Shown: positions 35,641-44,808 of the stretch, piece after piece
Layout of the letters: every line of letters starts with the position of its first letter
How positions within the stretch are numbered: position 1 is the first letter of the stretch
Source: a virus
Taxonomy: Duplodnaviria > Caudoviricetes
IMG/VR virus record: IMGVR_UViG_3300036987_000310
Span: 96,001 to 160,000 of that record
Strand: one strand, 5' to 3'
Length of the DNA: 64,000 bases
The notes under the pieces: generated by a model
The model's database searches: none
Seen by the model: the letters and a program-made list of their open reading frames with translations, nothing else
Told to the model about the DNA's origin: nothing
Position numbers and translations under genes: made by a program

Positions 35641-36171
35641 CTATGCGTCATGGATTTCGTATGGAACCCAATACTCGTCGTGTGCTTGCATGTCCTGTGG
35701 TCTGTCAATCCCCCAGAATGAAGCCACCTCACCATACATTTGGGGATTACATAGGTCTAACCGTCTCCAAGAAATCAAGACGTTCAATTCGTCGCTATTG
35801 TCAAGTTCGTCGATGACTTTCCCCATAAATCTTGCGAAGTCCCCTTCGCACAGAACTTTTCTCTCAAAAACTCGCACTTCGACAGACCCGGCTGTGACTC
35901 TGATTGGGTCAACCTGGGCTTCAGCTATCGGATCAAGTTCTTTATACCAGATAAAGTCAAGCTTTTCCCGGATGTCTTCTGCCGCGTCACACCCCAACTC
36001 GTAGTCAGAGAACTTTTCCAGTTCAGCAGCAAGAGCATTAAACCTGTCGACTATGACTTTGCGTTCAAACCTGTCCAATTTCAAACCCCATCCGGGCCTC
36101 GTCAAAACATCGAATCTGTGAACTGAATTCAAACTAGGAATGTAACACCCGCGAATTCTAGGCTTGCACAC
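35641..36171 (-). CDS. Hypothetical protein, ends YEIHDA
   Basis: Tag-like C-terminus. Confidence 0.55.
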   Translation of the reverse strand: MCKPRIRGCYIPSLNSVHRFDVLTRPGWGLKLDRFERKVIVDRFNALAAELEKFSDYELGCDAAEDIREKLDFIWYKELDPIAEAQVDPIRVTAGSVEVRVFERKVLCEGDFARFMGKVIDELDNSDELNVLISWRRLDLCNPQMYGEVASFWGIDRPQDMQAHDEYWVPYEIHDA

Positions 36172-36174
36172 GTT

Positions 36175-36438
36175 TTACAGCCGGTTGTCTTCTCGCATTT
36201 GGTCGATGGTTCTCATGCCGAGGGACCACATGGACCCTTGAATGAACCCGATCCACCTTTGCGCCTTGTCTTTTTGCCCATTTTCCAAGAACCCCGGAAC
36301 TTGTTGACACATCCATGACAGGTGGCCGCAAAGCGCTGCCAAAGTTAGCGGCGTCATGTTTGTTTCGCTCTTCTTCGCAGGGGTTCCAATTGCAGTCTCA
36401 TATGATTTCAAAACTTCGAGAACTCGTTCGTCCGTCAT
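36175..36438 (-). CDS. Hypothetical protein
   Basis: GGAGG RBS; KAQRWIGFIQG. Confidence 0.65.
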   Translation of the reverse strand: MTDERVLEVLKSYETAIGTPAKKSETNMTPLTLAALCGHLSWMCQQVPGFLENGQKDKAQRWIGFIQGSMWSLGMRTIDQMREDNRL

Positions 36439-36482
36439 GTCAACCCTCCGGATTCATGAACTCTTGATTTTGAACTATACAC

Positions 36483-37055
36483 ATGAGCAAGCTCACTGCT
36501 GGGGAAAACGAGGTCGTTGAGTTTCGATTTTTGTCCACAGCTTCAGCCATGCATGAAAAAATGGCTCAGACGTATGAAGAACATGGAATGCGAAAACTTG
36601 CAGACGAGGAGTGGGCTAAGTTTTCGATATTGCAAAGAGCAATCAAAGATTGGGGAGAAACTTGGGAATTTCCAGCAAAAAGTGTGGTGGAAATCGTAGC
36701 TACACGAATTGCTCGCTTCAAGGAAAAGAAGGAAAATGTTGTAAAACACATGGCTCAAGCTCTGCATGAACACGTTGGCATGAGCAGGAAAACGTCCTTG
36801 GAGTTGGCCAAGGCGTTATTTGGTAATCGCGACATCTCGTCTCTAGCATTGCAATATGGGTGGGATTTTGACGGCACAGACTTGAAAATTGGGTGTCTCA
36901 AGATGAAAAAGCTCGGCGTATATCCAGAAGACAGTCCGGTGTTGGAGCGGTTGGAAAAATTTGCCGAATCGCGCGGTGTCGACGAAGAGGCTTACGAAGC
37001 AGCGATAGAGCTCATGGACAATCAAGAAAACGCTAAATGGGAACAGCGCGCTTGA
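36483..37055 (+). CDS. Hypothetical protein
   Basis: 190-aa ORF. Confidence 0.65.
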   Translation: MSKLTAGENEVVEFRFLSTASAMHEKMAQTYEEHGMRKLADEEWAKFSILQRAIKDWGETWEFPAKSVVEIVATRIARFKEKKENVVKHMAQALHEHVGMSRKTSLELAKALFGNRDISSLALQYGWDFDGTDLKIGCLKMKKLGVYPEDSPVLERLEKFAESRGVDEEAYEAAIELMDNQENAKWEQRA

Positions 37056-37269
37056 AACAGCAGCCTGAAACTTTATGCCCTGGCGTTTTCTTCACATGAA
37101 AGCTTCACGAGAATCTGTTCAGTTTTGAGTGGACATCGAAGCGGCAACAGATGACTGCGCGCACGCTCTCCGCTTATCGAACATTCGTTCGGAATGCCGC
37201 TTTCATTCCGAACGAATGGGCACGATGGACATGAATCTATTGCGATGATTCTGATGTTCTTCTCGGTGT

Positions 37270-37512
37270 TCATGACTCCATGACTCCCATCAGAATGCCA
37301 GTCTCGCATCCATTTTCCGGATGCTTCATGTGATTTCGGCTTCCCGGTTCCAAAATGATTAGAGCTTCGCACTCTGGACACGTTATGTAATCTCTCGGGG
37401 CCCTTCTCGGCTGAGACATCGCTTTTGCCAGCTCAGCCCTTCCTTGCGGAGTCGATAAGTATTTGGAGATGATCGGGTCTAACTGCGGCGTCAGTTCCAT
37501 CGAATCCTCCAT
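37270..37512 (-). CDS. Hypothetical protein, ends MGVMES
   Basis: CPEC..H..C; tag-like C-terminus. Confidence 0.6.
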   Translation of the reverse strand: MEDSMELTPQLDPIISKYLSTPQGRAELAKAMSQPRRAPRDYITCPECEALIILEPGSRNHMKHPENGCETGILMGVMES

Positions 37513-37538
37513 ACTTAGTTTGCATTGCTTTTTCGTCG

Positions 37539-37612
37539 TGGGCCGAGTCGGGTTCGAACCGACAACATCTCCGTTATGAGCGGAGGGCTCTTACCGATTG
37601 AGCTACCGGCCC
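37539..37612 (-). tRNA. tRNA(CAT), elongator Met or Ile2
   Basis: CTCCG-CTCATAA-CGGAG. Confidence 0.88.
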
Positions 37613-37626
37613 GCGTAAGTTTACAG

Positions 37627-37707
37627 TGCTCGAGGCGGGAGTCGAACCCGCATTGTCTTTCGACACTGGGCCTAAACCAGTTGGCTATGCCATTCGCCTA
37701 CCCGAGC
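37627..37707 (-). tRNA. tRNA-Leu(TAG)
   Basis: ACTGG-TTTAGGC-CCAGT, V arm GTC-GAAA-GAC. Confidence 0.88.
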
Positions 37708-37726
37708 TAATTTTTCCAACAAGCCT

Positions 37727-38146
37727 CTAGTCGGCTTTCCACCCGCCGCCAATGGAAAAACCGTCCATGGCTCCCGTAATTGTGTTTCGCTTTTTCCGCA
37801 ATGCGTCAATTTGTGCGTCAATTTTTGACACTTCATGGTTTGCTTTGTCCATGATTTCTTGACACAGTTTTGCAAAGGCTTCCTGAGTGTTTTTAAGAAC
37901 CCAGTCTTCGCTACGCCATGGCTCCGACCTGGTAACGATGCCGTCAATGCTCAGAGCGGTTTCCCACACCACTTTTTCTGAATTGCCACTGATCAGACAT
38001 CCGTGCTGATCCTTTTTGAGAATTGGAACAGCTATATAGCTTACGTGAAGGTGGGAAGCTGACGCGCCTTCGCCTTTGAGAGCTTGACACAGCTTTTCCA
38101 ATCTCAGAGCCTGGCTGTGCGTGATCCTGTCTTTTTTCGAGTCCAT
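37727..38146 (-). CDS. Hypothetical protein
   Basis: 139-aa ORF. Confidence 0.6.
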   Translation of the reverse strand: MDSKKDRITHSQALRLEKLCQALKGEGASASHLHVSYIAVPILKKDQHGCLISGNSEKVVWETALSIDGIVTRSEPWRSEDWVLKNTQEAFAKLCQEIMDKANHEVSKIDAQIDALRKKRNTITGAMDGFSIGGGWKAD

Positions 38147-38175
38147 GCCTGTTTATACTCTATGACTTTTTGAAT

Positions 38176-38571
38176 TTACGAAAGATATTTTAGAGCAACG
38201 CCATTCAGGAGTATGTGCATGGTGTTATCGGCCACGATCATGAGCCATACCGCCAACCATGCTGGTCGATCTTGATGGTAGCCCGTTCCCGTGCACTCTG
38301 CCCATGGGTGGCGATACCTTTTTGGACTTGGAATATTTTTAACCCAACACACATACCTGGCGAGTCGCCACCGGTCAATGACGAAGTGTGTGAAACCAAT
38401 GAAAGCCAAAGCAGTTGGGGACCCAGTGAGAAATAGAAACGGAAGCGTGTAGGTTACGGCATGAACCAGCGCTGCCACGCTCTTTTTAGTTTTTTCTCCG
38501 GCCATCCAGTCGCTTTGAACAACATAGTCTCCGATTAGATGAAGAAGAATTTGATCTGCCGAGATTAGCAT
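38176..38571 (-). CDS. DUF3307-like membrane protein
   Basis: LHLIGDYVVQSDWMA..K..ALVHAVTY..THFVIDRW..DNTMH. Confidence 0.8.
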   Translation of the reverse strand: MLISADQILLHLIGDYVVQSDWMAGEKTKKSVAALVHAVTYTLPFLFLTGSPTALAFIGFTHFVIDRWRLARYVCWVKNIPSPKRYRHPWAECTGTGYHQDRPAWLAVWLMIVADNTMHILLNGVALKYLS

Positions 38572-39191
38572 TAACGAGACCTGATGTGAACGTTTCGCGG
38601 GATGGTGCTAAGAGTCGGGAGAAGCGCTTCATTCGCACGCTTCTCGGCATCGGAAAGCCCGCGGGACACTTTCTTGTAGACTGGATGGTGGAGCCAGTCT
38701 GCGTACTTTGTGTTGCCGCGAGCCTTGTTGCACTTTTTACAAGCAGACACCATGTTTTGGTCCGTGCTCGGGCCTCCGTCCTCCCACAAAACAAGATGAT
38801 CGACTGTCAGGGGGACCCCGTCTTTTCCACAGTATCTGCATTTGTACCCATCTCGCCTGAACACTTGCCACGACACTTGTTGGTCAATTTGGCGCTGACA
38901 TTTGCGCACTATGGCTTTGACAATTTTTCCATTCGCGTCTTCAGCCACAATTTCAGTTTCCATCAAGTCCGCTTGACGGATGAATTGTTGCCACTGGTCC
39001 AGGTCCATGTTAAGCGTTTGAGCATAGGAAACAGACCCGTCCGACTGGATAACCTGAACTTCATCGTCGAGGATGTTGCAATGCGATCTCGGAAACATGC
39101 ACAGGTACATTTCTTTGTTTCCGCTGAAAACGGCCCCGACGAGACCGATTGAATGGCCAACTTCCAGAAGGTTCAGTTCTTCAAATTTCAT
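38571..39191 (-). CDS. HNH endonuclease with N-terminal extension
   Basis: RRDGYKCRYCG..TVDHLV..GG..NMVSACKKCNKARG. Confidence 0.85.
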   Translation of the reverse strand: MKFEELNLLEVGHSIGLVGAVFSGNKEMYLCMFPRSHCNILDDEVQVIQSDGSVSYAQTLNMDLDQWQQFIRQADLMETEIVAEDANGKIVKAIVRKCQRQIDQQVSWQVFRRDGYKCRYCGKDGVPLTVDHLVLWEDGGPSTDQNMVSACKKCNKARGNTKYADWLHHPVYKKVSRGLSDAEKRANEALLPTLSTIPRNVHIRSR

Positions 39192-39223
39192 GCAGTTTGT
39201 TTACATCGACAGTAAACAAGTTG

Positions 39224-39296
39224 TACGGGGCCGGAGAATCGAACTCCGCTGCAACTCCTTGTAAGAGAGTGGTCATCGCCAGACGACTCGCCCCGC
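39224..39296 (-). tRNA. tRNA-Val(TAC)
   Basis: ACTCT-CTTACAA-GGAGT. Confidence 0.85.
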
Positions 39297-39468
39297 ATGT
39301 GCGTCTCGAACTCGAGACGCTTCTTTTGGAATTCGTTCCAGTCTCCGGTCGCCATGGCGCGGCGAAACTCGATGTTCAAGGCTGCAATGACGGCTTTGCC
39401 CTCTTCGCAACACCAAACCCCGCTTCGACATTTGCACGCCTCCATAAATGCCCCCCTATCACACAACA

Positions 39469-39542
39469 TGGTTGGAGCGGAGGGAATCGGACCCCCATTC
39501 GCAGGGCCAAAGCCTGCTGTCCTGCCTTTGAACGACGCTCCA
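39469..39542 (-). tRNA. tRNA-Gln(TTG)
   Basis: U1-A72, GCAGG-CTTTGGC-CCTGC, ACCA. Confidence 0.88.
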
Positions 39543-39736
39543 AGGTGCTAGCTTGCCCGTACCGGCCTGCCGTTTCCACGAACAGAAGTTTCCAGAGGGG
39601 CTTTGCATCTAATCGCTCTATGGCGGCTAGCGCGCCGTTTTTATTATACCGCTAAAAGCATGTTCAGAGTTCATTCCTCTGTTCATGTTGACACGGTATG
39701 AACTGTGCATAAAATAATTTGGCACTGGTTGCGAAG

Positions 39737-39896
39737 TCAATCACCTTGATTGAATTTTCATTCGCGACGGAATCAAAGAGGGGCCATTTTGTGAGGACTT
39801 TGACGTGGTCGTAATCAGGACCATGTCAAGTAACAATTCAATCACCTTGATTGAACAATCAAGGTGATTGAACAATCAAGGTGATTGAATTGTTAC
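39737..39896. repeat. Four copies of a 17-bp iteron-like unit (TTCAATCACCTTGATTG) in an ORF-free region; 24-bp inverted repeat 39830-39896
   Basis: Copies at ~39737 and ~39838 (forward), 39856 and 39873 (reverse). Confidence 0.9.
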
Positions 39897-39992
39897 CGTC
39901 TTTCCGTTCGAGACAGTGTTAAAAAGGAGGCTGTCCTGAGACCTAGGTAGCTAGTCAATCCGTCCGTAGCAGAACCATCATGAGGAAATGGG

Positions 39993-40361
39993 ATGAACTC
40001 ATACGCATACGCAAACTTGGACACCCGAAACGACCAAAACCATATTTGGGTACCAAATATTCCGGTGGAAGAACTTCGAATTTATGTTCGAATTTTATGC
40101 CAAGTCCATGTAGTCAAGAACTCAGTAAGTCCTGATCATGCGTGGTTCAATCACCATATGTCGCGGTTGCAGCGGGCTGTTGTTGTGTTGAAAAGAAAAT
40201 ATCCTAAACACATGGCAAACAAGCAAGCGGCTTGGAACTTGGCCCGCGTCGAAGCCGTTCTGTGGCTTGAAAACACCAATGCAGACGCGACTGTGCGATC
40301 GTCTGTGTTGGAAAGTCTGAAATGTGGGCTGCCACAAATAGACAACGCACAGCTCATCTAG
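39993..40361 (+). CDS. Hypothetical protein
   Basis: GAGG RBS, 122 aa. Confidence 0.5.
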   Translation: MNSYAYANLDTRNDQNHIWVPNIPVEELRIYVRILCQVHVVKNSVSPDHAWFNHHMSRLQRAVVVLKRKYPKHMANKQAAWNLARVEAVLWLENTNADATVRSSVLESLKCGLPQIDNAQLI

Positions 40362-40640
40362 TGCTTGGGAACCGTTTGAAACCATCGCACTAGAAACTGC
40401 ATGGAGGAAACATGCATACGCATACGCAAACTCGCACAAATGTTAAAGCAACAGCTCAGTTCATAACTTTTAACGACGAACTGATGATGAGATATGCCAC
40501 CAGTTTGGTTAGGCTCATAGTGTTTAACAAACACTGTGGTCCAGAGCATTCTTGCACTATTGAAGAAACACGAATTTTTCGCAAATACGATGATGAAATC
40601 GTGCGACATACCAAAGCTTTGTCTTTTCGTTGTGCGTCCA

Positions 40641-40694
40641 TGCCGCTTGCCCATGCTTTCGTCAACCGCTTGACGAAAGCATGGGCAAGCGGCA
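40641..40694. repeat. Perfect 25-bp inverted repeat with 4-nt spacer
   Basis: tgccgcttgcccatgctttcgtcaa-ccgc-ttgacgaaagcatgggcaagcggca. Confidence 0.95.
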
Positions 40695-40787
40695 CAATTT
40701 TTAAACGACAGCCCTAGTTTTCAACTAGAGGTAAAAAAACTTTTCGTGGACGCTGTGAAAGTAATATCGCTTCAGCTTTTCCGATAG

Positions 40788-40859
40788 CGGTCGCGACGGA
40801 GGGAGTTGAACCCTCGTCCTAGCCCATATGAAAGGCTGGCCTCGCCTCAAGTCGTCGCG
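40788..40859 (-). tRNA. tRNA(CAT) with reduced D arm
   Basis: CGCGACG/CGTCGCG; AGCCT-TTCATAT-GGGCT; T arm GAGGG-TTCAACT-CCCTC. Confidence 0.6.
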
Positions 40860-40936
40860 TGGTTGCGGGCGCGGGGAGTTGAACCCCGCTGTCTCCAGCG
40901 TATGAAACTGGCGTGGAACCGTTTCACTCGCCCGCA
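40860..40936 (-). tRNA. tRNA(CAT)
   Basis: TGCGGGC/GCCCGCA-ACCA; CCAGT-TTCATAC-GCTGG. Confidence 0.75.
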
Positions 40937-40937
40937 G

Positions 40938-41010
40938 TGGATCCCAGGAGATTCGAACTCCTCGCCTCCGCGGTGCAAGCGCGGCGCTCTCCCAAATGAG
41001 CTAGGAACCC
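40938..41010 (-). tRNA. tRNA-Ala(TGC)
   Basis: G3-U70, CCGCG-CTTGCAC-CGCGG. Confidence 0.92.
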
Positions 41011-41015
41011 ATTTG

Positions 41016-41088
41016 CGCTTCCGGCAGGACTTGAACCTGCAATCTCGCGGTTCGGAGCCGCGTGTCTTGTCCGTTGGACTACGGAAGC
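41016..41088 (-). tRNA. tRNA-Arg(CCG)
   Basis: CGCGG-CTCCGAA-CCGCG. Confidence 0.9.
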
Positions 41089-41517
41089 GTATTATCAAAA
41101 ATGATTGAAATCCTGGAGGAATTTGAAGAAGGACGTTTAGGAGGAGAGCCTGAAGCTTTGGGCGCGGGCGATCTTATTCTCAACATCGTCAAGGACGTGC
41201 AATCGCTAGACGCCAGTTTAGTATGGATCGGAAAAGATTATGCGACTTGGAGCTTGAACGAAGTCAAGATACGGGTTGACACAAAGCGGAGCCATTCATA
41301 TGCTCCATTGTTTGAAGAAGAGTTTCTTCAATGGCTGTCCTCGGCAAATCAGACACTGGACGGCTTCGGAAGAAAGCGGACGATGGAAGCTTTCCAAATG
41401 TCGCTTCCCGGCAAGTTGAGCATAAGCCATTCGGCAATGATCGTTGTTGGATGGGAAGAAGATGAGAGTCACCAGGATGCAATGCTACTGTCTATAGGGG
41501 AAGTTATGAATCAATAA
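41062..41517 (+). CDS. Hypothetical protein (likely start MIEILEE), ends GEVMNQ
   Basis: Tag-like C-terminus. Confidence 0.6.
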   Translation: MSCPLDYGSVLSKMIEILEEFEEGRLGGEPEALGAGDLILNIVKDVQSLDASLVWIGKDYATWSLNEVKIRVDTKRSHSYAPLFEEEFLQWLSSANQTLDGFGRKRTMEAFQMSLPGKLSISHSAMIVVGWEEDESHQDAMLLSIGEVMNQ

Positions 41518-41524
41518 CGAGCCT

Positions 41525-41908
41525 TTAGCAGTCGTGGATGTGCATGAGAAGCAAAGCCCCAGGAGTCATGGCGTCTCTCGGCATCGTCACCATGTACGAC
41601 CTCGTCACCATGTACGACCCTGTGCCTTTCCATTCGATTGAAATTTCATATGAAGCATGAACTTTCACGCAACTAAACAGAGGCACCGGAGTTTTGTCTT
41701 TGCATATTCGCTTGTTTCGCTTTTCAAAATGCCGCTTCACCCATCCGGAAATCTTTTTTACTGGCTTGCGGCCCAAGTTTGCCATGCAGACGGCGTTCAC
41801 GACAGGACGCGCCCACTGGGGTGGCGGACCGTCACCCCATGTCCAAGACACTGGGGTTGACACCAGTGTCAATGAATTCAAATATGTAGCAAACGGTCCA
41901 ATTGCCAA
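41525..41908 (-). CDS. Hypothetical protein, ends MHIHDC
   Basis: Tag-like C-terminus. Confidence 0.5.
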   Translation of the reverse strand: MAIGPFATYLNSLTLVSTPVSWTWGDGPPPQWARPVVNAVCMANLGRKPVKKISGWVKRHFEKRNKRICKDKTPVPLFSCVKVHASYEISIEWKGTGSYMVTRSYMVTMPRDAMTPGALLLMHIHDC

Positions 41909-41926
41909 ATTACCACCATGTTGCTT

Positions 41927-42346
41927 CTAGGACTCCATACCGAGCGCCGTCGCCAGTCGTGCAGCATCGTCGATGGCGAGCGCATCGGTGGCGCCCTCTC
42001 CCTTAACTGCCTGGTGGCCACGGGTGAACAACCAAAAAGTCATTCGCTCGCCATTGATTCGATAATCGTTGTGGACGGCGACCGACCATCCGGCTCTTCG
42101 CATGTCGGCCAGTTTCCTAATACCACGAATTGCAAGAATTTGCTGCTCAGCCGCGTTCCGTCGAGCCAGAACAGCCGTCCACTTCGCTTCTGCGTTGCGA
42201 GTCTCATCCGACGTGTGGTCGTCGTTTTGCGAGCGTTCAAAGTCATTCTTCATCGACAAACACCACTGGTTGTAGGCAGACTCGTTCTCCTTTTCGATTT
42301 GCGAGAAAGCGTCTTCACACGCGTCAAAAACTTCCTCGGCGTTCAT
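41927..42346 (-). CDS. Hypothetical protein, ends ALGMES
   Basis: Contains GWSVAVHNDYRING..TFWLFT segment. Confidence 0.6.
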   Translation of the reverse strand: MNAEEVFDACEDAFSQIEKENESAYNQWCLSMKNDFERSQNDDHTSDETRNAEAKWTAVLARRNAAEQQILAIRGIRKLADMRRAGWSVAVHNDYRINGERMTFWLFTRGHQAVKGEGATDALAIDDAARLATALGMES

Positions 42347-42467
42347 GGTGTTTTTTCCTCGCCATTGGAATCACGGTCTGACTTTCCCCACATAGCGTCG
42401 CAAGCCTCCAGAGCAACAAGAACCACGGGCACCAATGGTCCCGGGACTGTTTACACCACCATCGATT

Positions 42468-42543
42468 TGGCACCCCCGGCGCGATTCGAACGCGCAACCC
42501 GCGGCTTAGAAGGCCGCTGCTCTGTCCTTTGAGCTACAGGGGC
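42468..42543 (-). tRNA. tRNA-Arg(TCT)
   Basis: GCGGC-CTTCTAA-GCCGC, GCCA. Confidence 0.92.
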
Positions 42544-42589
42544 GTAGGAAGACTCGGGGCCTGCTTGCACAGACTCACCGAGCCTTCAG

Positions 42590-42662
42590 AGGCGGGAGCG
42601 GGAGTTGAACCCGCCAACAATGGTTTTGCAAACCATGCCCTTGGCCGCTTGGGTATCCCACC
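42590..42662 (-). tRNA. tRNA-Cys(GCA)
   Basis: ATGGT-TTGCAAA-ACCAT, U73. Confidence 0.9.
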
Positions 42663-42663
42663 G

Positions 42664-42963
42664 TCAAAGTTGGTGAATCATTAAGGCCATGACCTCCATC
42701 GTATCGCGCCCATCTTCTGGACTTAATTCAAACTCCAAATCGCACTCCCACTTGTCCCAATGGAGAACCCCAGCCAAATCAAGCTCCCCGTTGCATGCAA
42801 GATCATACAATTTTTTGTTTTCATACAAAACCTTTGCCAGATCCAAGCCCCACCCTTCTTTTCGGAATCTTTTTTCTCTTTTTCCGTTAGAACCAGTCCA
42901 TGTCACCAAAGCTTCTGTTGGTCCGAAAAGAAGAACCTGGTTTACACGTATTCGAGCGCTCAA
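42664..42963 (-). CDS. Hypothetical protein, ends LMIHQL
   Basis: ATGA-coupled. Confidence 0.55.
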   Translation of the reverse strand: MSARIRVNQVLLFGPTEALVTWTGSNGKREKRFRKEGWGLDLAKVLYENKKLYDLACNGELDLAGVLHWDKWECDLEFELSPEDGRDTMEVMALMIHQL

Positions 42964-43781
42964 GAGTTTTGAACCTTTTTGACTGATTCATACCGCTCCC
43001 GCGCCGCCTTCTCTGCCTCCATTTCTTTTTGGTGCGATCTGCGAGTGTGATACTTTTTGTCTGAAAGGGCACCGATCGACTGCATGCATAAAAACACGAC
43101 AGTCCACAAAGCGAAGTCGCCCCCAATTGAAGCAGACCACTGCCGCTTGTTTTGGGAATGGTATCCGCAAACAAGGTTTTCTGGAAATCCCTCGAAATAC
43201 ACGGAGCGCAGTTCGTCTCCTGTATAGTCCGGCTCCGGCGGAGGAATTGTCTTGAACAGAGGTCCGAAGTCGGCTTTGATCGGCTCTTCGCTAAGAACAG
43301 TCAGCTTCCAACCAAAGAAGTTGTTCCGCACTGTGAACGAAATGCTGAAATCCTGCCTGGTGATTTGCACCACCGGAAGCGTTATAGATTTTGACGTATG
43401 AGTCGAAATCACGCGCGCTATTTGCTCGTCTTTTCGTTCGTAAAAGTTCATGCCGCTCTCGACAAGAGGCGTCAACTCGTCACGAATGAATTCGATTTGG
43501 GTGCCGAAGGCTCCCTTCCACAGCATCTCGTCGCCACAGATTTGTTCATTGACCCAATCTTGCAAAGGTGTTCCATTCAAAATTTTCTTTTGCATGATGG
43601 TCCATACTTTCACGGGCGAGTTATTTACAATAAGGTACTTGAGCGGGTGACGGGAATTGAACCCGCCGTGGCTTTCGCCCCCAGCATGGCAAGCTGGTGT
43701 CCCTCCATGAGACATCACCCGCAATTCTATCGTCGGTTCACGCTGTTGCCAGCCCAGACGTTCCCTTGAACATTCCCGCAT
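42960..43781 (-). CDS. Hypothetical protein (true start probably MQKKILNG, downstream of tRNA-Gly)
   Basis: 5' part of the ORF overlaps a tRNA. Confidence 0.6.
   Translation of the reverse strand: MRECSRERLGWQQREPTIELRVMSHGGTPACHAGGESHGGFNSRHPLKYLIVNNSPVKVWTIMQKKILNGTPLQDWVNEQICGDEMLWKGAFGTQIEFIRDELTPLVESGMNFYERKDEQIARVISTHTSKSITLPVVQITRQDFSISFTVRNNFFGWKLTVLSEEPIKADFGPLFKTIPPPEPDYTGDELRSVYFEGFPENLVCGYHSQNKRQWSASIGGDFALWTVVFLCMQSIGALSDKKYHTRRSHQKEMEAEKAARERYESVKKVQNS
43642..43722 (-). tRNA. tRNA-Gly(GCC) with long variable arm
   Basis: GCGGGTG/CACCCGC, U73, CCAGC-TTGCCAT-GCTGG, V arm GGC-GAAA-GCC. Confidence 0.85.
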
Positions 43782-44032
43782 TTCACGCTATTGCCTCCTT
43801 CAACATCTCCATGAACTTCTCCACATTCGATAGAGCAGTCTGATTCAACTGAAGCCAGCGGGCCTTCCCACAGAATTTTGACATCGCCTTGCAAACCAGT
43901 TTGGACTGTGACACCATCCACTTGCACGACCCCGTTTTTGATCGTGACGTTATTGCCCTGGACAACTGTTGTTTTGCCATTGACAGTAATTCTGGTAGAT
44001 TGTGAAGGCGGCGTGCGGAAAGGGTTTCTCAT
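43727..44032 (-). CDS. Small beta-solenoid-like phage protein
   Basis: ITVNGKT..GNNVTIKNGVVQVDG..VHGDVEGG..VQGNV. Confidence 0.65.
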   Translation of the reverse strand: MRNPFRTPPSQSTRITVNGKTTVVQGNNVTIKNGVVQVDGVTVQTGLQGDVKILWEGPLASVESDCSIECGEVHGDVEGGNSVKCGNVQGNVWAGNSVNRR

Positions 44033-44151
44033 ATCTTTAGGTACTCGAACGAGGGGTAGATTTTCGTTTTAGAGCGCATTTCAAATAATACAGTGGACCC
44101 CAGGCTTCGAACCCATGAGCTACGACCCCGAGTTTTTAATTGTTTTGACTG

Positions 44152-44442
44152 TTGACGATGGACCACCAAAAATGCGACAGCACATGCAACTTCCATGAAA
44201 CAATCGTAAACAGGATGAAGGCCATGGAAGACACGGCAAAGATTTCATTGGACTTGAAAGAGGCAGTAAAAAACCTGTCAGACAATGTGGCGGCGTTGCA
44301 CCAAGCTGTGGTGAAAATGGCGGCAGAAAGAAACAACTCCATGCCGATCAGCGTGAGGGTGTTTATTGCCGTGCCATCGTTGCTAATCACCGTGGCAACG
44401 CTAGTGTGGCTGCACGAGCACGCTGGCGCGCTTCTAAATTAG
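44152..44442 (+). CDS. Coiled-coil protein with C-terminal TM segment (holin-like architecture)
   Basis: VFIAVPSLLITVATLVWL. Confidence 0.55.
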   Translation: MTMDHQKCDSTCNFHETIVNRMKAMEDTAKISLDLKEAVKNLSDNVAALHQAVVKMAAERNNSMPISVRVFIAVPSLLITVATLVWLHEHAGALLN

Positions 44443-44516
44443 CGTCCTCGGCAGGATTTGAACCTGCAACCTTGTCCTTAGGAGGGACCTGCACGATCCG
44501 ATTGTGCTACGAGGAC
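44443..44516 (-). tRNA. tRNA-Arg(CCT)
   Basis: Loop CT-CCT-AA. Confidence 0.88.
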
Positions 44517-44532
44517 GTTCTGTTGCTAAACT

Positions 44533-44808
44533 GTGGACCCTGTAATTTTTTGCATGGGAAAGCCAACGCATGAACTCGTCGTGAAGGATGTCGAAACCGG
44601 AGACTATGGAAAAATTGGCGTCGGATGGATGGACGACAAAGATGGATATGTGTCCATTAAGCTAAACCCATGCGTTGTCGTGTCGTATGAATCGTTGAGA
44701 GACAAAGTTCTCACGCTTTTTCCGATTAAAACCGACAAAGAATGGGCATCGTTTCACGCCAAAAAGAACAGGCAAAAAGCAAAAACCGAGTCAGAGTCAG
44801 AGTCATGA
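44533..44808 (+). CDS. Hypothetical protein
   Basis: KIGVGW..DGYVSIKLNP. Confidence 0.55.
   Translation: MDPVIFCMGKPTHELVVKDVETGDYGKIGVGWMDDKDGYVSIKLNPCVVVSYESLRDKVLTLFPIKTDKEWASFHAKKNRQKAKTESESES

Noticed and set aside
39737-39896. CRISPR mini-array
   Set aside because: Repeats are 17 bp, partly inverted and abutting with no unique spacers; no cas genes are visible.
40788-40936. Opal (TCA) suppressor or Sec tRNAs read from TTTCATA loops
   Set aside because: Stem register only pairs when the anticodon is CAT; there is no Sec-type long arm.
41585-41620. 18-bp tandem duplication
   Set aside because: In-frame microduplication (SYMVT) with no further structure.
44090-44130. T-arm-like fragment (caggcttcgaaccc)
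   Set aside because: No cloverleaf can be completed.
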